From Macrostomum lignano (taxonomy: Eukaryota), in assembly GCA_002269645.1 (NCBI GenBank), contig NIVC01000661.1, positions 268,724-332,723 on the forward strand: a stretch of DNA of 64,000 bases, given 5' to 3'. The position numbers were made by a program, and so were the translations under genes. Below are positions 55,068 through 64,000 of the stretch, one piece after another. The notes beneath the pieces are model-generated. The model saw nothing but the letters and a program-made list of their open reading frames with translations. It was not told the DNA's origin and searched no databases. Numbering within the stretch: position 1 is the stretch's first letter; every line of letters begins with the position of its first letter.

Positions 55068-58000
55068 GAGGGAGAGAGGGAGATGGAGATGTAGAGGGAG
55101 AGAGGGAGAGAGGGAGAGGGAGAGAGGCAGAGAGGGAGAGAGGCAGAGAGGGAGAGAGGCAGAGAGGGAGAGGGAGAGAGGGAGAGAGGGAGAGAGGGAT
55201 AGAGGAAGAGGGAGAGGGAGAGAGGGAGTGGAGGGAGGGAGAGGTAGAGGGAGGAGAGGGAGAGAAGGAGAGGGAGAGGGAGAGGGAAAGAGAGAGAGAG
55301 AGAGAGATAGAGAGGGAGAGAGGGAGATGGAGATGTAGAGGGAGAGAGGGAGAGAGGGAGAGGGAGAGGGAGAGAGGCAGAGAGGGAGAGGGAGAGGGAG
55401 AGAGGGAGAGAGGGAGAGGGAGAGAGGCAGAGAGGGAGAGGGAGAGAGGGAGAGAGGGAGAGAGGGAGAGGGAGAGAGGGAGAGGGAGAGGGAGAGAGGC
55501 AGAGAGGGAGAGGGAGAGAGGGAGAGAGGGAGAGAGGGAGAGAGGGAGAGGGAGAGAGGCAGAGAGGGGTAGAGGAAGAGGGAGAGGGAGAGAGGGAGTG
55601 GAGGGAGGGAGAGGTAGAGGGAGGAGAGGGAGAGAAGGAGAGGGAGAGGGAGAGGGAAAGAGGGAGGGAGAGAGAGAGAGAGAGGGAGAGAGGGAGAGAG
55701 GGAGAGGGAGAGAGGGAGAGGGAGAGGGAGAGAGGCAGAGAGGGAGAGGGAGAGAGGGAGAGAGGGAGAGAGGGAGAGAGGGAGAGGGAGAGAGGCAGAG
55801 AGGGGTAGAGGAAGAGGGAGAGGGAGAGAGGGAGTGGAGGGAGGGAGAGGTAGAGGGAGGAGAGGGAGAGAAGGAGAGGGAGAGGGAGAGGGAAAGAGGG
55901 AGGGAGAGAGAGAGAGAGAGGGAGAGAGGGAGAGGGAGAGATGGAGAGGTAGAGGTATTATTCGCTAAACGCATTAAACAAGAAATGTACCCCGTAGATC
56001 GGTGACAGGAAAAGAAATGAACAGTAAAAAGTCACACAGGTAAACAGAGGCCAGGCCAGCAACAGAAATCCAAAATCAGATGAATCAGAATCAGATGGGC
56101 ATCAGAAAAGCGACGCAATCAGCCATAAAATTAGATTTCAAACAATAATTTTGGACTGCATTTAAGCAGGAAAATATGAAAATCCACTGCAGACTGTTTC
56201 AGAATTCGGAACTAGGAGCAGCACACATTTATCTGTATTCAATTATGCGAAGATACAAAAAATAAAGCTAAAATATTGCACTTACAAGGAGTTGGCGCCC
56301 CCTCCTGCGCTCTGCCATTGTACTGATCCAGCGCCGCCAAGTAGCTCTTCGTGTTCCGAATGTCCCACATTAGAATGCAGCCGTCCAGTCTGATAATGTT
56401 CAAGCATAACATGGTAAACCCTAATCTAGTTGCCTGATCTCTCGAGTATTGAGTCATCTCATCTTGCAGACTCATGAGTCATCTCATCTCACAGTCTCAT
56501 GAGTCATCTCATCTCACAGTCTCATGAGTCATCTCATCTCACAGTCTCATGAGTCATCTCATCTCACAGTCTCATGAGTCATCTCATCTCACAGTCTCAT
56601 GAGTCATCTCATCTCACAGTCTCATGAGTCATCTCATCTCACAGTCTCATGAGTAATCTCATCTCACAGTCTTATGAGCCTTCTCATCTCACAGTCTCAT
56701 GAGTCATCTCATCTCACAGACTCATGAGTCATCTCATCTCACAGTCTCATGAGTCATCTCATCTCACAGACTCATGAGTCATCTCATCTCACAGTCTCAT
56801 GAGTCATCTCATCTCACAGACTCATGAGTCATCTCATCTCACAGTCTCATGAGTCATCTCATCTCACAGTCTTATGAGCCTTCTCATCTCACAGTCTCAT
56901 GAGTCATCTCATCTCACAGACTCATGAGTCATCTCATCTCACAGTCTCATGAGTCATCTCATCTCACAGTCTTATGAGTCATCTCATCTCACAGTCTCAT
57001 GAGTCATCTCATCTCACAGTCTCATGAGTCATCTCATCTCACAGTCTCATGAGTCATCTCATCTCACAGACTTATGAGCCTTCTCATCTCACATTCTCAT
57101 GAGTCATCTTATCTAACAGTCTCATAAGTAATCTCATCTCCCACACTCATGAGTAATCTCATCTCACAGTCTCATGAGTCATCTCATGAGTGATCTCATC
57201 TCACACACTCATGAGTCATCTCATCTAACAGACTCGTGAGTCATCTCATCTCACAGATTCATGAGTCATCTTATCTCAAGGTCTCATGAGTAATCTCATC
57301 TCACAGTCTCATGAGTAATCTCATCTCACAGTCTCATGAGTCATCTCATGAGTGATCTCATCTCACACACTCATGAGTCATCTCATCTAACAGTCTCATG
57401 AGTCATCTCATCTCACAGTCTCATGAGTCATCTCATCTCACAGACTCGTGAGTCATCTCATCTCACAGTCTCATGAGTCATCTCATCTCACAGTCTCATG
57501 AGTCATCTCATCTCACAGTCTCATGAGTCATCTCATCTCAGTCTTATGAGCCTTCTCATCTCACAGTCTCATGAGTCATCTCATCTAACAGTCTCATGAG
57601 TCATCTCATCTCACAGTCTCATGAGTCATCTCATCTCACAGACTCGTGAGTCATCTCATCTCACAGTCTCATGAGTCATCTCATCTCACAGTCTCATGAG
57701 TCATCTCATCTCACAGTCTTATGAGCCTTCTCATCTCACAGTCTCATGAGTCATCTCATCTCACAGACTCATGAGTCATCTCATCTCACAGTCTCATGAG
57801 TCATCTCATCTCACAGACTCATGAGTCATCTCATCTCACAGTCTCATGAGTCATCTCATCTCACAGTCTCATGAGTCATCTCATCTCACAGTCTCATGAG
57901 TCATCTCATCTCACAGACTTATGAGCCTTCTCATCTCACATTCTCATGAGTCATCTTATCTAACAGTCTCATAAGTAATCTCATCTCCCACACTCATGAG

Positions 58001-61000
58001 TAATCTCATCTCACAGTCTCATCAGTAATCTCATCTCACACACTCATGAGTAATCTCATCTCACAGTCTCATGAGTCATCTCATGAGTGATCTCATCTCA
58101 CACACTCATGAGTCATCTCATCTAACAGACTCGTGAGTCATCTCATCTCACAGATTCATGAGTCATCTTATCTCAAGGTCTCATGAGTAATCTCATCTCA
58201 CAGTCTCATGAGTAATCTCATCTCACAGTCTCATGAGTCATCTCATGAGTGATCTCATCTCACACACTCATGAGTCATCTCATCTAACAGTCTCATGAGT
58301 CATCTCATCTCACAGTCTCATGAGTCATCTCATCTCACAGACTCGTGAGTCATCTCATCTCACAGTCTCATGAGTCATCTCATCTCACAGTCTCATGAGT
58401 CATCTCATCTCACAGTCTCATGAGTCATCTCATCTCACAGTCTTATGAGTCATCTCATCTCACAGTCTCATGAGTAATCTCATCTCACAGTCTTATGAGC
58501 CTTTTCATCTCACAGTCTCATGAGTCATCTCATCTCACAGACTCATGAGTCATCTCATCTCACAGTCTCATGAGTCATCTCATCTCACAGTCTCATGAGT
58601 CATCTCATCTCACAGTCTCATAAGTCATCTCATCTCGCAGTCTCATGAGTCATCTCATCTCACAGTCTCATGAGTCATCTCATCTCAGTCTCATGAGTCA
58701 TCTCATGAGTGATCTTATCTCACACACTCATGAGTCATCTCATCTCACAGTCACATGAGTCAGCTCATCTCACAGTCTCATGAGTCATCTTATCTCACAC
58801 ACTAATGAGTCATCTCATGAGTGATCTTATCTCACACACTCATGAGTCATCTCATCTCACAGTCACATGAGTCATCTCTTCCCATGCTTTCAAGTTATCT
58901 TATTGTCCCAAACTATCAAGCAATCGCAGCCCTGGATCGCAATAAAAATCCCAGCATACCCGCCAGACGCCAGGACGTTCTCAAACCGGTTTGACCAACG
59001 GACACAAGTAACTGACTTCAGATGACCTCTCAGGGTGTGAGTTGAGGACCCGATCAGAAGGTCGATCAGCTGCACTTTACAGTCGCTAAGCGCCACAGAC
59101 ACCAAATTGTGAACCGTGGCGCAGTCGGACACGTGAATGTGGTTGACAGGCTGGGAGAATGACACTTGATCGACAACCTGTAACAAATTTATAGTTTTGT
59201 ATAGTACCAATTCATTAATTAACAAGGGGTGCTGGCCTCAGATATTTTAGGTTAGAGATCTTAGATTCTAGAATCTATACCCCAGATCCCAGATCCTACA
59301 TCTCAGATTCCAGATCCTACATCAGATCCTACATGTCAGATCCCAGATGTCAGATCCCAGCTCCTAGACTCCAGATCCCAGATCCTACATCTCAGATCCC
59401 AGATCCCTACATCTCAGATCCCAGATCCTACATCTCAGATCCCAGATCCTACATGTCAGATCCCAGATCCTACATCTTAGATCCCAGATCCTACATCTGC
59501 AGATCCCAGATCCTACATGTCAGATCCCAGATCCTACATCTGCAGATCCCAGATCCTACATGTCAGATCCCAGATCCTACATGTCAGATCCCAGATCCTA
59601 CATGTCAGATCCCAGATCCTACATGTCAGATCCCAGATCCTACATGTCAGATCCCAGATCCTACATCTCAGATCCCAGATCCTACATGTCAGATCCCAGA
59701 TCCTACATCTCAGATCCCAGATCCTACATCTGCAGATCCCAGATCCTACATCTGCAGATCCCAGATCCTACATCTGCAGATCCCAGATCCTACATCTGCA
59801 GATCCCAGATCCTACATCTGCAGATCCCAGATCCTACATCTGCAGATCCCAGATCCTACATCCCAGATCCTAGATCCTACATGTCAGATCCCAGATCCTA
59901 CATCTCAGATCCCAGATCCTACATCTGTAGATCCCAGATCCTACATGTCAGATCCCAGATCCTACATCTCAGATCCCAGATCCTACATCTGCAGATCCCA
60001 GATCCTACATCTGCAGATCCCAGATCCTACATCTGCAGATCCCAGATCCTACATCTGCAGATCCCAGATCCTACATCTGCAGATCCCAGATCCTACATCC
60101 CAGATCCTAGATCCTACATGTCAGATCCCAGATCCTACATCTCAGATCCCAGATCCTACATCTGTAGATCCCAGATCCTACATCTGCAGATCCCAGATCC
60201 TACATTTCAGATCCTAGATCCTACATGTCAGATCCCAGATCCTACATGTCAGATCCCAGATCCTACATCTGCAGATCCCAGATCCTACATTTCAGATCCT
60301 AGATCCTACATGTCAGATCCCAGATCCTACATGTCAGATCCCAGATTTCAGATTCTCGAACGCAGTATGATAAATCCTTGATATGAAATTCCTGGTCCTA
60401 GCTACGAGCTACTTAACTTAGCTTGTTTTATTCAGGGCTGCAGACTGCAGTGCTAAAATCATGAGTGTACTGGTCTATCTACTAACAGTAAAAACATAAG
60501 TAAATTATTGATTTATAATGAATGAGGACATTAAGAGACAAACAACAGAGTGAGTGGAGCAGAGGACAGACCTTAGTCCGATTGGTGTCCCAAACTTTGA
60601 CCTGCCGATCCAGGCCAGCGGAGAAGAAGGCCCCCGTGTCCACCGGGTACCAGCAGGCGCTGACGATGCCGGACTCGTGCGCCCGGGGCTGGTGCAGCGT
60701 TGCGGGCACCTGTCCGGGCTGGCCAGATGCACCGGGCGAGGCACAGGTGTCGTAGATTGAGATGGCGCCGTCTGCGTGCCCGGTGAGGAGGCTGGGAGAG
60801 GCGGCAGGGCCAGGAACGTTTGTGAGCTTGAGTTCGATTCCTGATTTTGAGCAACGCGAGACTCAGGTGGATCTGGGTGAAGGGCGATGGTCCAGCTACT
60901 GAGGATCTGGAAGGCTGGCCCAGCAACTGAGGATCTGGGAGGCTGGCCCAGCAACTGAGGATCTGGGAGGCTGGCCCAGCAACTGAGGATCTGGGAGGCT

Positions 61001-62137
61001 GGCCCAGCAACTGAGGATCTGGGAGGCTGGCCCAGCAACTGAGGATCTGGGAGGCTGGCCCAGCAACTGAGGATCTGGGAGGCTGGCTCAGCAACTGAGG
61101 ATCTGGGAGGCTGGCACAGCAACTGAAGATCTGGGAGGCTGGCCCAGCAATTGAGGATCTGGAATGCTGGCCCAACAGCTGGGAATCTAAGAGGTTGGCC
61201 CAGCAACTGGGAATCTGGGAGGCCGGCCCAGCAACTGAGGATCTGGGAGGCTGGCCCAGCAACTGAGGATCTGGGAGGCTGGCTCAGCAACTGAGGATCT
61301 GGGAGGCTGGAACAGCAACTGAAGATCTGGGAGGCTGGCCCAGCAATTGAGGATCTGGAATGCTGGCCCAACAGCTGGGAATCTAAGAGGTTGGCCCAGC
61401 AACTGGGAATCTGGGAGGCCGGCCCAGCAACTGAGGATCTGGGAGGCTGGTGGCCCACCAACTGAGGATCTGGGAGGCTGGTGGCCCAGCAACTGAGGAT
61501 CTGGGAGGCTGGTGGCCCACCAACTGAGGATCTGGGAGGCTGGTGGCCCAGCAACTGAGGATCTGGGAGGCTGGTGGCCCACCAACTGAGGATCTGAGAG
61601 GCTGGCCCAGAAACTGAGGATCTGAGAGGCTGGCCCAGAAACTGAGGATCTGGGAGGCTGGCCCAGAAACTGAGAATCTGGGAGGCTGGCCCAGCAACTG
61701 AAACTCAGGGAAGCTGGCCTAGCAACTGAGGATCTGAGAGGCTGGCCTTGCAGCTGAGAACTTGTTAGGTTGACAATGGCTCAGCCTGAATATTTTAAGG
61801 CAGTTTGAGGGATGGTTGAAGACAGAAGTAAGGCCAAACAAAACTCATTTTAGAGCAACAAAAATAAATATTAGAGAAAGTTAAAAGTACATCAATGATT
61901 GATTTTTAAAATACATTATTAGAAATAGTAAATTAAATTAACAAAGCCTTACTATCTGCCTTCCACACTCTCAAAAGCCAGATCTGTGACATTGCAGGTA
62001 ACTTTAGAAGTGTCAAATCGCCGTTTAGCTGAAAGTGCCAAATCTAGGAACTGCCTGGAGCGATGCACAATGCCCAACACATGAGGCTGAAATGTGCCAA
62101 GCTGCTGCAGACTATGCAACTGAGCAATAGAGGCCAT
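49685..62137 (-). CDS. ERCC8: DNA excision repair protein ERCC-8 / Cockayne syndrome A WD40 protein (about 421 aa, 6 coding exons)
   Basis: Exons 62137-61953 (alternative ATG 62152), 60791-60572, 59177-58960, 56389-56286, 53450-53137, 49909-49685; all GT-AG, phases match, 1266 nt. Matches to human CSA as I recall it: ESVEGRY~EPVEGRY, WYPVDTG~WYPHDTG, KVWDTN, LDQYNG~[15 protein letters not shown]~DGLHLLTVG, GHYNQV~GHYKTV, QELY, DNWS~DAWS with an acidic tail. Confidence 0.95.
50105..50370. repeat. (AGAT)n microsatellite in ERCC8 intron 5
   Basis: Direct reading. Confidence 0.93.
51155..53122. repeat. 30-bp minisatellite (cagcactgaaatcccattctaaatgatccc) in ERCC8 intron 5
   Basis: About 65 units starting about 15 nt inside the donor at 53136. 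Confidence 0.95.
53520..54115. repeat. 32-bp minisatellite (ctacctgcaatctcaccctgatactcatgaat) in ERCC8 intron 4
   Basis: About 18 units near the acceptor at 53451. Confidence 0.92.
54700..55950. repeat. GGGAGA-type purine tract in ERCC8 intron 4
   Basis: gagggagagggagaggg runs on the + strand. Confidence 0.92.
56450..58880. repeat. 25-bp minisatellite (catgagtcatctcatctcacagtct) filling ERCC8 intron 3
   Basis: About 95 units covering over 90% of the 2,570-nt intron; internal block duplication of about 0.85-0.9 kb. Confidence 0.95.
59270..60350. repeat. 21-bp minisatellite (agatcccagatcctacatgtc) in ERCC8 intron 2
   Basis: About 50 units. Confidence 0.93.
60880..61745. repeat. 28-bp minisatellite (ggcccagcaactgaggatctgggaggct) in ERCC8 intron 1
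   Basis: About 30 units. Confidence 0.93.
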
Positions 62138-64000
62138 AAAATATAGGGGCATAATAAATATATACCTGGGTTAATTTGGGTTCTACTGTAATTTTAGCTA
62201 ACCTATGAAATATTATAGCAACTCTGATGAAATAGACACTTTCCATCTAGAATAGGCCTAGGTATAGTCTCATACATGCCCAACACCCATCCAACCTGTC
62301 TAAACTGGATGGGTAAAATGGCTACTGGCCAAGGTAAGTTGCAAAATTAAAAAAATTAAAAAAACAAAAAATTGTGAGAAGAAAGAAAGGAGATAGGAAG
62401 AGAAAAGGAAAAGAAAGAAGGGAAGAGAAAGAGGGAGGAAAGAGGAGAGAAAAAGAAAGAGAAGAAAAGAGAAAAGGCAAGAAAACTCATATACAAAGTG
62501 AAAATTAAGTCGCAATTGGGAGGAACTAAGTCACAAATCTAGACAAAACTAAGTCACACTGGGCAGGTAAAATTTTGAGATTGGACATATATATAGTCTT
62601 AAATATAAACCTATAGAAAACAATTGCTTTTATAATTATGATTAAATAAATATAATCTATAGAAGTTTAAATAGATTTGCATGGTTCTAACTATTGCAGT
62701 TTTGATTTACTTAAAATTATATAATATATATTTACAAAATGGTTATATGAATCTATCCACGTGGCACCGAGCACGCCAAGCCACCACATTTATTGGGACG
62801 CTGTTTCTTAGAAAGCTCAATTGCGTCCAGGAATTCAAATCTCGACCACCAAGCTAAGCTCGTTTATTTAAAACGCCAAGCTGGAAATTCTAGATTTAAA
62901 ACTGCCATTGAATCTCTAGACGCATGGGCCGGAAAATTTATTTAACAATGTTTTGAAAGCTAACTCATAATTTAGTTAGATAATATCACGGGTTTGCTAA
63001 AGTTTTGTGACTATAGAAGCCATTTCCTAAATTTAAATTTTCTGAGTATATAACATTTAAATTTTGGTTTTTTACCTCCAATCAATTTTTTTGGTTTAAT
63101 CTCTGGACCATGTATATATTTTGTGTGCTGTTTGTTTGATTTATCATATCACAGGCTATAGTTGGCTATCCATGCTATTTTCTCCGACTTCTGCTCGCCT
63201 GTTTTGCTCCAACTAAGTGCAGCTGTAAAACGATAAAAACAGCTGTAGTCGATTAGCTGACAACAACAGACCAATTCGCGATTCGCATATGCATTGTACG
63301 AGCTATGATCATTTGGTTTAAAATTGAAATGAAACACGATTTCAGAATAAAGATATTGAGCCACAAGCTGTGGGCCTTGCATTCCAGGACAGCTAGTAGG
63401 TTTGGAGTCGGTTCTACGACAGAAAGGGACCGAACTATAGGGTACGTTGAATTGCCTAGGCTGTCCTGAAAACGTGAAAAAAGTGAAAAATCGCTGAGCA
63501 GCTGCCTTTGACGCGTATCTGCCGCACAGGAGCTGATAGGCAGGCACCTCGCTCTGAAGAACACTGGAGTTGAGACCACTGTGCTGGGTTCTTAGCTCCA
63601 CGCCGCTTCTCCCTTTAATTTGATGAGGACTGTACATATGCATATAATAATTGTAACCAAATATTTTTAATAAGTTAATTTATTTAGCCCAGAAAGCTTT
63701 GCTGAAATCAGATTAAAGGCAGGCTGGTAAAAATCGAATTAAACAACGGCATGCTACTAGATCGAACCACTTATCGAAGCGCCTGCAGCAAACTATACAA
63801 GAGGATTTACAGATACATATATTAGGCAAGGAAGATTCGTTTATCTTTTACAGTATAGGAACTCGCACAGAAGGAGCGCCAGAAATACCCAGAAGGAATC
63901 ACACTTACGAGCGTAGGGCGCGCGACAAGGTGATAAGAAAAATTAATTATAACTTTTCAAATCAATATTTCTATTATAAAAGCTTCGACTGTAAAAAGTT

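Overview
Eukaryotic (metazoan) genomic DNA, not prokaryotic. It consists of GC-rich spliced exons separated by introns largely filled with tandem mini/microsatellites. This style suggests a repeat-rich invertebrate such as the flatworm Macrostomum, which is my inference only. Gene models read by eye with GT-AG sites and matching phases: (1) the last two exons of an LHFPL-family tetraspan gene (+, 65-8087); (2) a tentative 4-exon orphan gene (-, 12474-15797); (3) a 9-exon PAP2-fold lipid phosphatase-like protein lacking both catalytic histidines (-, 18727-24710); (4) an intronless class A GPCR (-, 39878-41158); (5) a complete 6-exon ERCC8/CSA gene (-, 49685-62137). Mobile elements: a 5'-truncated RNase H-bearing LINE with a 12-bp TSD, a decayed Tc1 (DD34E) inside a GATA satellite, and a 4,556-bp Mag-like Ty3/Gypsy element with LTRs that read as identical, a 5-bp TSD and one frameshift. 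Most long ORFs in the supplied track are repeat artefacts. The most unusual signal is the organisation of the satellites. They abut or contain splice sites, share GGGATYT/TTAGAAT cores on the sense strand near donors in three genes, and recur as reverse-complementary pairs bracketing an intron or exon blocks. This suggests a testable, unproven role in RNA-structure-guided splicing or back-splicing. All coordinates were counted by hand; repeat-array edges are approximate.
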